A stretch of 64,000 nucleotides of DNA from Planctomycetota bacterium (lineage in GTDB: Bacteria > Planctomycetota > Phycisphaerae > WQYP01). Shown here one piece after another: positions 1-9,535 of this stretch (its first letter is position 1; every line of letters begins with the position of its first letter). The notes beneath the pieces are model-generated. The model saw only the letters and a program-made list of their open reading frames with translations, made no database searches and was not told the DNA's origin. The DNA lies in NCBI GenBank assembly GCA_021805985.1, contig JAJZDN010000008.1, positions 26,319 to 90,318 on the forward strand, in the 5' to 3' direction. Both the position numbers and the translations under genes were made by a program.

Positions 1-457
1 GGTCGTGGATTTAATTGTGCGACATTGGCATGGCCCGGAGTGGCTGCCGCTGGCCACGGCTGCTGCCGCAATAGGCGGGCATGTATTTCCCTGCTATTTA
101 AAGTTCAAGGGGGGCAAAGGTGTGGCCACCACGTTTGGCGTGGTGATGGGGGTGTGGCCGGTTTTAACGCTCGCGGGTTTGGGGGCGGCGCTGGTGTTTT
201 TACTGGTGTTTCTGGTGTATCGGATCATTTCGCTTTCATCGCTGGTTGGCGTTATGGTGTTTATGACCCTGATTCCAATTATTGGCCATGACATAGGCCC
301 CGTTGATGGCTTCCTTTATCCCCAGCCCTGGACTAAACTCGCGCCGTTGATATTCACCGGGTGCCTGATTGGTGCGTTGATTATCATGAAACATCGCAGC
401 AACATCCGCCGACTGCTCAACGGCACCGAACCGCGAATGGGCGAAAAGCATAAATAA
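1..457 (+). CDS. plsY: Glycerol-3-phosphate acyltransferase PlsY, 5'-truncated by the window edge
   Basis: The translation is multi-TM and ends with HRSNIRRLLNGTE, the conserved PlsY C-terminal motif. The frame continues from the window start. Confidence 0.75.
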   Translation, partial: VVDLIVRHWHGPEWLPLATAAAAIGGHVFPCYLKFKGGKGVATTFGVVMGVWPVLTLAGLGAALVFLLVFLVYRIISLSSLVGVMVFMTLIPIIGHDIGPVDGFLYPQPWTKLAPLIFTGCLIGALIIMKHRSNIRRLLNGTEPRMGEKHK

Positions 458-569
458 TGCCTGCCGGCTTAGAACGCGTCGATCAGGTCAGGAATTCCAC
501 CTGTCCTGGGTGTATAATGTTTCGCCGGAGTGGCGGATGCTCACTGGCTTTTATGGAAAGGACTCTTTT

Positions 570-1649
570 ATGATTCAAACGCATGGCTATGCAGTGCAAA
601 GTGCTTCTTCTGCTTTGGAACCTTTTGTATTTTCTCGTCGCGTGCCGGGACCCAAAGATGTACATATTGACATACTATATTGCGGGATATGCCATACCGA
701 TTTGCATCAGTGTCGCAATGACTGGGGCGGTTCAACCTATCCGATGGTTCCGGGCCATGAGATTGTCGGACGCGTGAAATCGGTGGGTCCTGAGGTTACA
801 AAACTGAAAGTCGGCGACTTCGCCGGCGTCGGGTGTATGGTTGATTCCTGCCGCCAGTGCCCAGCCTGCCGGGCTGATCTGGAACAATATTGCGAAAACG
901 GCACCCTCTGGACCTACAATTCCAAAATTCCTGGCACCAATGAAAACACTTTTGGCGGTTATTCAGATCAGATCGTTGTGGAGGAACGTTTTGTCGTTAA
1001 AGTTGCATCCACGCTGGATCTCAAAGCCGCCGCGCCGCTGTTGTGCGCTGGCATTACCACGTATTCTCCGCTGCGACACTGGAAAATCGGTAAGGGACAA
1101 AAAGTGGGCGTGATTGGTTTGGGCGGCTTGGGGCACATGGGAATTAAATTTGCTAAAGCCTTGCAGGCTCACGTCGTCATGATCACAACCTCTCCGGAGA
1201 AAGCCAAGGATGCAATGCGACTGGGTGCGGATGAAGTTCTGATTTCCCGCGATTCCGCCGCCATGGCCCGCCACGCCAAAAGCTTCCATTTTCTGCTTAA
1301 TACCATTCCCACCGGCCACGATTTAAATCCGTATGCCCAGCTATTAAAGCTGGACGGCACCATGGTGCTGGTAGGCGCCTTAACCGCTCTGACGCCGCCG
1401 CTGCTGGGTGTCAGCATCATTCATGGTCGCCGCAGCATTGCCGGCTCCACCATCGGTGGCATGGCCGAAACGCAGGAAATGTTTGATTTCTGCGCGAAAC
1501 ATAACATTGTCAGTGATGTGGAAGTCATCGCGATTCAGAACGTCAATCAAGCCTTTGAACGCCTGCTGAAAAATGATGTCCGATACCGCTTTGTGATCGA
1601 CATGGCAACGCTCCGGACAACGGGATCGACAGGCGGCCCAGGCAAATAA
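570..1649 (+). CDS. Zn-dependent NAD(P)-dependent alcohol dehydrogenase (YahK / cinnamyl-alcohol dehydrogenase-like)
   Basis: GICHTDLH and GHEIVG zinc-ligand motifs, a structural-zinc Cys cluster (CRQCPACR) and a GLGGLGH Rossmann motif. The start was moved to the internal MIQTHGYAV that matches the usual N-terminus. Confidence 0.85.
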   Translation: MIQTHGYAVQSASSALEPFVFSRRVPGPKDVHIDILYCGICHTDLHQCRNDWGGSTYPMVPGHEIVGRVKSVGPEVTKLKVGDFAGVGCMVDSCRQCPACRADLEQYCENGTLWTYNSKIPGTNENTFGGYSDQIVVEERFVVKVASTLDLKAAAPLLCAGITTYSPLRHWKIGKGQKVGVIGLGGLGHMGIKFAKALQAHVVMITTSPEKAKDAMRLGADEVLISRDSAAMARHAKSFHFLLNTIPTGHDLNPYAQLLKLDGTMVLVGALTALTPPLLGVSIIHGRRSIAGSTIGGMAETQEMFDFCAKHNIVSDVEVIAIQNVNQAFERLLKNDVRYRFVIDMATLRTTGSTGGPGK

Positions 1650-1780
1650 GGCAGCCACTGGAAGACCTTCCCGCCTGAGGTACAGGCTACAAAGGACAGA
1701 TGGGATTTAACCCGTATTGATTGTTCGACCCCTGTTGAGCCGGAACAACACGGGGGCGTTTCTCCGGAGGAACTCATCAG

Positions 1781-3409
1781 ATGACACGTTTAGCCGTTTT
1801 AGTCGCGAGCTTGCCTCTTATGTTGTTCACCTTAACAGCGCACGCTGGAGTGCTTGGAGGGGTGCATGCCGATGGCTACATGTTTGTGCCCGTCAAGCGA
1901 GTGCCTAAAAATTATGATGCGGGCTTCTCCATGTATTCCGCGGCCTGGCCGCTCCTGCTGCGGTACCCGGGAAATCAATTTCAGTCAGGGCTTTTCGGTA
2001 CATGGATGGCGGCCCAGTACACAGGCAAGCCCCCGCAACATTTATATTCGGACATTGAAGGGGGCCTTGGCTGGTGGCGCGGAACCCGATTTCCCACTGC
2101 GGCCCCGAAGTTTCACCTGGGGGGTGTGGCGTTTAATTTTCAGTTCATAGCGGACGCACCGGGCAATGGCAAAGGCAGTTGGAAGCACCCGCGTGGGGCT
2201 TACGCCGTGGCCCAGCTTAGTCCTTGGTTGCTCTTTCCGCCTGATGGTCTCACACTGAAACCCGGCGTCAACGGTCAACTCTTTGGGTACGGCTATCTGC
2301 CGCTACCGCTTACCGATCCGCAAGCAACCACCGACGGCAAAAACATCCCCATGGGCAATCACTGCTGGACATTGTTTCTCAACACGCGTAACTTCAAGGG
2401 GCCAGTCTGTTTTTTTACGCCGTACTTCTGGAACCGCCCTGCCGTAAGGCACGCGCGCCTCGTTGGCAAATTGCTCGACTCGCGATGGTCCATTGCCAAT
2501 AAGGCCTTTCAGATGGAAACACAGTATCTTCCCGCCGCCATCAGCCAGATAAGTACGGGCACCTACGCGCGTCTGGGGCAGGTGTCCTTCCCAGCCGATC
2601 GCCAAGGGAACGCCGTCCTGCTCAACCGACTGACCAGTTACAGTCGTCAAGCGCTTTGGGACCCCGTAAAAGCTTGGTTTAACGGCGGCCCAGCGGTGAG
2701 CGGCAGGCTCCCCTCGTCGCAGGGCTTTGTGCAGCAGTTTAAGCCCCATTTGTGGTCTACTTGGAAGATCTATGCCAATAGTACGTCCAAGACGCAGCAC
2801 GCCGGACTGCCTTGGACACTTTTCGCCAAAGCATTTCTTCCCGACCCGGCGTCTTACGGCTTCACTTGGAACCGGCAGTTGGTGCACGACGGACCCGATG
2901 GAACCCGCGCCTTGTTACCGCGATTTTACCGGCTTGTGCACCGGGGAAAACAGGCCCAATGGCATGCGGTACACGCGGCCGATGTTCCCCCTGCGACTGG
3001 GCTTAAGCGGATCAACTTTTATCCATCGCGGAGGCGGCCGCCCCAACCCTACACCACGCCGGACGGCCCCAACAGTTCCTACAAAAAGCCCGGCCCGGCG
3101 GCCGGACCATTTTACGCTCATTTAAGCGATGGCTCGCTGGTAACCTATTACTGGTATCGCTTTGAAGACCAGCCCGCTCTGCTGCACGCCGACCTCAGCC
3201 AGGCCGAACGCAACAAAATGCAGAAGCGAGCGGAAATGCTGCAGCGCCATTGGACAAAAAATCGCCAGTACCTGCCGCCGCCAACCCGAGGATCGCTGGC
3301 TTATCTCGACCCGGCACAACTCGTCACGCCGCCCAAACGTCTGGCCATCGGCTATGTGCCGATTGTCACCCGCCAGCAGTGGGCGGCCTCTCGTGGCACC
3401 GGGAAATAA
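1781..3409 (+). CDS. Secreted hypothetical protein
   Basis: GGAGG RBS 9 nt upstream and a signal peptide MTRLAVLVASLPLMLFTLTAHA. The composition is rich in W, Y, G and P. No recognisable catalytic motifs. Confidence 0.5.
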   Translation: MTRLAVLVASLPLMLFTLTAHAGVLGGVHADGYMFVPVKRVPKNYDAGFSMYSAAWPLLLRYPGNQFQSGLFGTWMAAQYTGKPPQHLYSDIEGGLGWWRGTRFPTAAPKFHLGGVAFNFQFIADAPGNGKGSWKHPRGAYAVAQLSPWLLFPPDGLTLKPGVNGQLFGYGYLPLPLTDPQATTDGKNIPMGNHCWTLFLNTRNFKGPVCFFTPYFWNRPAVRHARLVGKLLDSRWSIANKAFQMETQYLPAAISQISTGTYARLGQVSFPADRQGNAVLLNRLTSYSRQALWDPVKAWFNGGPAVSGRLPSSQGFVQQFKPHLWSTWKIYANSTSKTQHAGLPWTLFAKAFLPDPASYGFTWNRQLVHDGPDGTRALLPRFYRLVHRGKQAQWHAVHAADVPPATGLKRINFYPSRRRPPQPYTTPDGPNSSYKKPGPAAGPFYAHLSDGSLVTYYWYRFEDQPALLHADLSQAERNKMQKRAEMLQRHWTKNRQYLPPPTRGSLAYLDPAQLVTPPKRLAIGYVPIVTRQQWAASRGTGK

Positions 3410-3439
3410 GCGCGATTGCTGCCCCATTTTTTATGACCG

Positions 3440-3485
3440 ACACCGTTTCCATAACGGTGTTCCGCTCTTAAAAGAGCGGCAAATT
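3440..3485. terminator. Two adjacent hairpins between convergent genes (possible bidirectional terminator)
   Basis: acaccgtt-tcca-taacggtgt and ccgctctt-aa-aagagcgg stem-loops. There is no strong U-tract. Confidence 0.25.
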
Positions 3486-3621
3486 TGCGGGCGTGTCATT
3501 GAAAAAAGGTATCAGGTAACTTTTTTTCTAGCGCCGTCGCAACCCGGCGATTACTCGGACAGGCTCCTAGCTGATAGCAAACAATTATTAACGTTGAGTG
3601 GATAATTCGTGCCTGACACCT

Positions 3622-4953
3622 TTATTTGCGGTTAACCCAGCCCGCATCCGGGGGCGGAGCGGGAAATGTTACATCACCGCTGGCACCGGCCCGCACTTTG
3701 GTATGCGGGGAATTATTAATCCGGACGGTGAGGGTAAAAGAAAGCGCCGGGAGACTCAGGTATAAAAGAATGCGCGTCAGGGTGAACCGTTGCGGCGGTT
3801 CGGGTTTTGGAAAATCCGGCGTAATACCGGCCGCGACGAGCCGGTCGTATAGATTCGGGTGTATGCGCCGGCGGCCCGACATCACGGCAGGCATCTGATT
3901 GACCTCGTAGATGCGCTGCAAGGCCTGCGCATAGGCGGCCTCCTTCCCCTCGTTTGCAGAGGCAATCGCATCCGCCCGGACTTCCATGCGCCGTCCCATC
4001 CTCCGAAAACGTGTCCGCATGATCAGTGTTACCGCCAAGAGACCGCCGCCCCACATCAGGCCATTTCCGCCGGTCGCGATCAGCGGCCGGATGAAAACCA
4101 ACGGGAAAAGGATCATGGGCTGCATCAGTCTCAGAAACAACACGCGGCGCGGCTCGGTTAAATGCGCTAATTCATGTCCAGTCACAGCGGCGATTTGCGC
4201 ATCCGAGAGGTGTCGCAGCAACCCCTGCGAAAAAATAAGTTCACGGCTAAGGGGCAATGCATACGCATTGGCAAATGCGCCGGGCAACACCCAGATGCGA
4301 CGTGGCTGCACATCCATGCGCCCGGCGACTTCAGCGACAATTGCCGCAAGCCGATCATCAGCCGGTCTAAGTAGCCCTGACAGAGAGAAAAATCGTATCA
4401 TTCCGCCCAGCCGCAAGGTCGCAAGAAGCAAAAAAAGCAGCCCGGCGATCAGCCACGTTTCAGCGCCAAAGTTTTTCGGCATCGTCACGATTGCCCACAA
4501 AAACAGGGCAAAGGGTATTACCCTCCCCAGTAGAATCATGAGCCAGGAAGTTAACCACTCCCTGAAAGTGGTTTCGGGGAATATTTCTCGGGTCAGCCAG
4601 TAGGATCCCAACCACGCCGCTAACAGGCTCGATCCGGCAGGTTCCCACGCCGGAACTGAAAGATGCAGTGTGCGTGCAAGCAGGTAGATGTCTACTGGAA
4701 GGAACACCATACTTAACCCGGCCGTGACACGGATTGGATACAGCAACCGTGCACGCAATGTCCAATGTTGCCCGCTGCTGCGTCGCCACGCGGACAATCC
4801 AAAATAATTGACTGCGCGTATAAGCAACAGCGTTGCAAAAAACGAAAAGACGACCAGAATTAACGTCAGCATACTGCCCATCATATTCAAGAAATGGTAA
4901 CCGTTCACAGCCTTCCAGCCGGCAAGGCACACCCTGAACGTCACCACGAGCAA
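3622..4953 (-). CDS. Membrane M56/M48-family zinc metalloprotease (BlaR1/HtpX-like signal-transducer protease)
   Basis: Multiple TM helices and a GHELAHL HEXXH zinc site placed as in BlaR1/MecR1 M56 peptidases. No adjacent BlaI-like repressor was found. Confidence 0.6.
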   Translation of the reverse strand: MLVVTFRVCLAGWKAVNGYHFLNMMGSMLTLILVVFSFFATLLLIRAVNYFGLSAWRRSSGQHWTLRARLLYPIRVTAGLSMVFLPVDIYLLARTLHLSVPAWEPAGSSLLAAWLGSYWLTREIFPETTFREWLTSWLMILLGRVIPFALFLWAIVTMPKNFGAETWLIAGLLFLLLATLRLGGMIRFFSLSGLLRPADDRLAAIVAEVAGRMDVQPRRIWVLPGAFANAYALPLSRELIFSQGLLRHLSDAQIAAVTGHELAHLTEPRRVLFLRLMQPMILFPLVFIRPLIATGGNGLMWGGGLLAVTLIMRTRFRRMGRRMEVRADAIASANEGKEAAYAQALQRIYEVNQMPAVMSGRRRIHPNLYDRLVAAGITPDFPKPEPPQRFTLTRILLYLSLPALSFTLTVRINNSPHTKVRAGASGDVTFPAPPPDAGWVNRK

Positions 4954-5282
4954 AGTATATCCATCTCTCGAAAAGAAGGAAGTTAAGCAAAAATGGCAAA
5001 CCCACGCGCCGCGTTGCTATGTCTATCATGGCAATCCTGCCGACCCAACCGGCAGGGGCGCACGCAGGAGCAAACCCCCGGCATTGCCCAGTGCTATGAT
5101 TTATGCGAAGCCGGCTTCAAGGGGCAGCCTTCAGGCCGGCCTACCGCAACCACGACCGGTTCGGTAGTATAGTTGTCGGAAGAGAACCTTTTGCAAGCTC
5201 CCCCGACGTTGTTTTGGTTATTGGTCTGCGGAGATGCCCCTGGCAAACGCCGCCGAGTAATTTAATAAAAGAGGTTAATGCG

Positions 5283-7115
5283 ATGAAGCCGAGAAAATTA
5301 AGCATAGTGGCGAATTCGGCCCTGGCCCACGTGGCTATTGCATTGGCTCTGTCGGGTGCGCAATGTGGGCAGGCGATCGGGGAAATTACTCCCGGCTTCA
5401 TGAAGGGTGTCCTTTCCGGCGCGATAAAGACCCGGCCACTTCTCGGCACGCTCGCCTTAAATCCTGTGAAGAGTATTGCGATCCATATAAAGCCTTTGCA
5501 CTCCAAGCTCCTGATTGGTGGCGGTGCGACGTTGAAGGAGTCCTTCCACAACACCGGAACACAGCCTGCCTCCATCGGGTTCAGCATTCCCTGGTCCGGT
5601 TCGTTGCAGAAGTTTTCGGTCACAGGCCCAGCACAACCTGTGGAACGAACGAGGCTTTCCCGTTGGTGGCCCGGTAGTTATCGCTCCTTTATGTTCCACA
5701 CTTCAGTAGCTGTCATGGCAATAAAAGGGGGCCAAGTGTTGCGCCGACCAGGCGTCCTGCTGCCCGGCTCAATCTTTGATATGACGGTGCCCGGCACGTA
5801 CCATATCCGCACGGCTACCGGACCGACAAAATCGAACCAGACGGTGATCGTAATGTTGCCTCCTAACGTCGATAATCGCCCCCTGCGTCCATTTGTTGTA
5901 CCGCCAGGCGATGCTTGGCCCCGCGCCGTCGTATGGGGCAGACCTTGGCATGGCCTTATGGTTCGCCTTTACCAAATTAAGTCCAGGAAAAGGCACGCGG
6001 AGACTGGCTTCAGGTTGAGGGTGATGATCCGTAACCGTAATAGCAGTCCAACTTCCATCAGGCTGGTGGGTGTTGCGGCGGGGGATTTCGCAAAAATGCG
6101 CATTTACGGTCCGAACGGTATTTATTCCAACGCTCGAAAAGGGAAGAAAGTTAACCTCACGAATATCCCGGTTCCATTGACCGCTTATGGCAAGCTGCTG
6201 GCGAGTGGAGGATTGGCGAAGGTAAAGAAAACAAGTTTCACGCTGCAACCCAGGACCACATACGAATACGCGCCTTTGATAATACCGAATGCAACCCATG
6301 ACTTGTCATTGCCGGGACGGTACCGATTACAGGTGGAACTCGCGGGTACGCATTGTTGGTCGAATGTTGTGTCCCTGGGCCGACAACTTTCAATAACACC
6401 GATATCGCCGTCTATTGGCGATGTCGGACCGATTCGCCCGCCGGTTGAATCAGTCAGTGGCATTACCGCACGCCTGATTCCTGGTGCATCAGGCGTGCTG
6501 GTCAAGGCCCAGCTCGTGGATGCGGGCGCAGCGAAAGCCTATGTGCTACAAGGGCCGGGAAGCGGTTGGACGTTGCGTGCGTTCAAGATAAAGGGCGGGC
6601 GGTTGCTGACGACGCCCCGGACGCCTAAGGGCCGCCATATGCAGGTTGACCGCAACATGGGTATGTCGCCCCCTGCGACGATCATAACGAGCCGGGTTGT
6701 GGGAGTTGAATCATTTCCCTTGCCCCAATATTTCGTGTTTTCGGCCCCTGGAAAGTATATCGTTAGCGCGAGCCGCTGGATTGGCATCAGAGGTCGGAAG
6801 CAATGGGTCCGCCTCACGACGAACCTTCTCGAGCTGACCCTGGACCGCGCGGGAAAGGCCACTTGGAAAACGCGAAACGTCCATTGGCCTAAGCCAGTCC
6901 CGCGAAAGGTTCCGCCAGCATCGCGATTGCAGTCGAGCGAGATTCCCAAGTCCTGTCCGGTCGCGCCCCTGGCCGAACTCGCAGCGGCTATCAATCAGCG
7001 AAATGTTCAAACGGTAACCCGCGCCGGTAACAAGGCAACACCATCGGCGTGGCCAAGGTGGCGTGGCCAAGGGGAATCTTTCAGCGCAGCATGGAGAGTA
7101 AGGCAGCGACTGTAG
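5283..7115 (+). CDS. Large secreted hypothetical protein
   Basis: AAAGAGG RBS, then a signal peptide MKPRKLSIVANSALAHVAIALALSGAQCG. The ORF track's upstream extension from 5103 has no RBS and was rejected. Confidence 0.5.
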   Translation: MKPRKLSIVANSALAHVAIALALSGAQCGQAIGEITPGFMKGVLSGAIKTRPLLGTLALNPVKSIAIHIKPLHSKLLIGGGATLKESFHNTGTQPASIGFSIPWSGSLQKFSVTGPAQPVERTRLSRWWPGSYRSFMFHTSVAVMAIKGGQVLRRPGVLLPGSIFDMTVPGTYHIRTATGPTKSNQTVIVMLPPNVDNRPLRPFVVPPGDAWPRAVVWGRPWHGLMVRLYQIKSRKRHAETGFRLRVMIRNRNSSPTSIRLVGVAAGDFAKMRIYGPNGIYSNARKGKKVNLTNIPVPLTAYGKLLASGGLAKVKKTSFTLQPRTTYEYAPLIIPNATHDLSLPGRYRLQVELAGTHCWSNVVSLGRQLSITPISPSIGDVGPIRPPVESVSGITARLIPGASGVLVKAQLVDAGAAKAYVLQGPGSGWTLRAFKIKGGRLLTTPRTPKGRHMQVDRNMGMSPPATIITSRVVGVESFPLPQYFVFSAPGKYIVSASRWIGIRGRKQWVRLTTNLLELTLDRAGKATWKTRNVHWPKPVPRKVPPASRLQSSEIPKSCPVAPLAELAAAINQRNVQTVTRAGNKATPSAWPRWRGQGESFSAAWRVRQRL

Positions 7116-7510
7116 TGCTCGAAACCCGGCTTGTCGAGGTGATCATAGGACCCGGCGGCCAGGTGGCCTGGAGGACACATGGCGTCGCATTGCCGCAGCC
7201 TCCCGTCCGGAAAATTCCGCGACCGCCAGGGTAAAGAATGCCACATTAACATTTACGCGCTGCTCCGCCAGAGGATGGTAAACTTGAAAGCTCCTGGATG
7301 ACAACAGGCTCCTGGATGCTGGCAGATGTTATCGCAGGATGTATTGTCTCACATATTGCTGCACGGTGTTTGGTGTTTGCAAGATGTCTGCAAGATGTTT
7401 GCACGCATGGGCGGTTTGAAGTAACTTCAACCCTTGTGTAAACCGCTCCTTTCGGCCGCCACCTATGACGGGGCGGGTTTGCGCATGATCCTTGGCACAG
7501 CGGCGGATTC

Positions 7511-9535
7511 GTGACACTTATGCAGCGCGACAAGCAAACTTCAAAATCAGGCCAGTCTCCACCGGATGGGACGCCTGCAGCAGAGCATCCGCAGGGTGAT
7601 AAGCGATCAGAATTTGCATCCGCGGCGCCGTGGTCGCCTCCACCCAACGACACTATCGGTGATCCCAACGAATTCACCAATTTTCAGCTTATAAAGCACA
7701 TGTTCCAATTTGTGCGGCCGGTAAAATGGCTGGCGGTTCTGGCCTGTCTGCTGGTGGGATTGGGCGTCTTTTTAGAAATATCGGCTGTAGACCTCACGCG
7801 CGTGGTGATTAATACTGTCGGCACCACATTAAGTTCAGCGGGGACGGCGATCGCTGGGGGCACGCAAAAGCCGGACTGGAATGCCTTTCGTCATGGTTCG
7901 CTGCATGTGGCGTTGATCCTGGTGGGGATGTTGGCGTTTTTTATCATTCTTTCGAGTGTATGCAATTTTTTTCGCAGCATTACCAACACCCGCTTAAGCA
8001 TGGATATGGTATTTCACATGCGATCAGCGGTGTACGATCAACTTCAGCAGGTGGGCTTTTCATTTCATGACGCCCATTCCAGCGGGCAACTGATCAACCG
8101 GGCGTTGTCGGATCTGCATAACGTGCGGTTTTTTGTGAACTTGTCGCTGGTTTCCATCGCGGAAATTGTCGGTTACACAATTGGTTATAATATTTTAATC
8201 GCCACGATCAACCCCTGGGTGGGCCTAGCGTCCTTATTGCCGGTGCCCTTTTGGATCTGGTACATTCTGCGATTTGGAAAAAAAATGCGCCCGGTGCAGC
8301 GCGATCTCATGGCCACCGGCGATCAACTGGTCAATGTGTACAGCGAAAATGTCGCCGGCGTAAACGTGGTCAAGGCTTTTGCTACCGAAACCACGGAAAC
8401 CGGCAAATACAACGCCACTGCCGATACTTATTTTTCTCAGGTGATGACCACCGTGGGCATGTGGGCGAATTTTATTCCCGTGATTCGGGGAATCGCCACG
8501 GGAGCCAATCTGCTGCTGTTTTTTCTGGGTGCCATGCTGGCGGTCAGCGGAAAACTGCACGCCGGTGATATTCTGGTATTTGGCGTAGCGATGGGAGCGA
8601 TCCTCTCACGCTTACAACAAATTAACCAGATCGCCAACCAATATCAGATGGCCGTGGTTTCCGCCCGGAGGTTTTTTGAAATTCTCTATGCGTATCCCAG
8701 TATCCCACAAGCAGCCGCATTACCGCAGTTGCCACGCGGGCCGGGCGCGGTGGAATTTTCCGGCGTTAGCTTTGGCTATCATCAGGAAAAGCCGGTCTTA
8801 AAAAATATCTCTTTTCAGGCACCTCCCGGTTCGGTTATAGCGCTGGTGGGGCCTACGGGTGCCGGCAAAACCACGATGATGCAGCTTCTCGCCCGCTTCT
8901 ATGACCCGCAGGCCGGGGCGATTTTTGTGGATGGTCATGATATTCGATCGGTTTCCCTGCGCTCGGTGCGGCAGGCTATGGGTTTTGTATTTCAGGAGAC
9001 CTTTCTTTTCTCGGACACCGTAATTAACAACATCCGCTATGGTGATCCCAAGGCCTCCGTGGAGCAGGTGGAGGCGGCGGCGCGGATTGCCCAGGCCCAT
9101 GAATTTATTATGGACATGCCAAAACAATATGACACCATGCTGGGCGAACGCGGGCTGACGCTTTCCGGAGGGCAGAAGCAGCGATTGGCCATCGCCCGGG
9201 CCATTGTAGCCAATCCGCGCATTCTCATCCTTGACGACGCCCTGGCCGCCGTGGATCCGGAGACCGAACACCTCATTCGCCGCGCTTTGGAACTCGTGTT
9301 ACAGGATCGCACCGTTTTTATCATCGCCCACCGTTTAAGTACGGTCAAAGCGGCTGATCTGGTGCTGGTGCTGGAAGAGGGAACGATTACGCAGGCCGGC
9401 ACGCATGACGTGCTATTGCGACAGCACGGGCATTACCGGGAAATTGCCCAGGTGCAGCTTGTCGGTGGCGGTCCGGGCGTCCTGCCACCGCTGGGATCAA
9501 CAGCGCGGCGCGTTGCCGCGGAGGGAACGCTATGA
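7511..9535 (+). CDS. ABC transporter permease/ATP-binding protein (exporter, heterodimer subunit A)
   Basis: An N-terminal 6-TM domain followed by Walker A GPTGAGKTT, an LSGGQKQR signature and a Walker B ILILDD. The start may be GTG at 7511 or ATG at 7520. Confidence 0.9.
   Translation: MTLMQRDKQTSKSGQSPPDGTPAAEHPQGDKRSEFASAAPWSPPPNDTIGDPNEFTNFQLIKHMFQFVRPVKWLAVLACLLVGLGVFLEISAVDLTRVVINTVGTTLSSAGTAIAGGTQKPDWNAFRHGSLHVALILVGMLAFFIILSSVCNFFRSITNTRLSMDMVFHMRSAVYDQLQQVGFSFHDAHSSGQLINRALSDLHNVRFFVNLSLVSIAEIVGYTIGYNILIATINPWVGLASLLPVPFWIWYILRFGKKMRPVQRDLMATGDQLVNVYSENVAGVNVVKAFATETTETGKYNATADTYFSQVMTTVGMWANFIPVIRGIATGANLLLFFLGAMLAVSGKLHAGDILVFGVAMGAILSRLQQINQIANQYQMAVVSARRFFEILYAYPSIPQAAALPQLPRGPGAVEFSGVSFGYHQEKPVLKNISFQAPPGSVIALVGPTGAGKTTMMQLLARFYDPQAGAIFVDGHDIRSVSLRSVRQAMGFVFQETFLFSDTVINNIRYGDPKASVEQVEAAARIAQAHEFIMDMPKQYDTMLGERGLTLSGGQKQRLAIARAIVANPRILILDDALAAVDPETEHLIRRALELVLQDRTVFIIAHRLSTVKAADLVLVLEEGTITQAGTHDVLLRQHGHYREIAQVQLVGGGPGVLPPLGSTARRVAAEGTL

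Noticed and set aside
4460-5029. 189-aa minus-strand ORF as a possible BlaI-like partner of the M56 protease
   Set aside because: It overlaps the 3' end of the protease gene in another frame and has no winged-helix BlaI/MecI motifs. It is a likely spurious ORF.
5103-5282. Upstream extension of the 670-aa ORF starting at 5103
   Set aside because: The extension has no signal peptide or RBS. The internal ATG at 5283 has an AAAGAGG RBS and a clean signal peptide.
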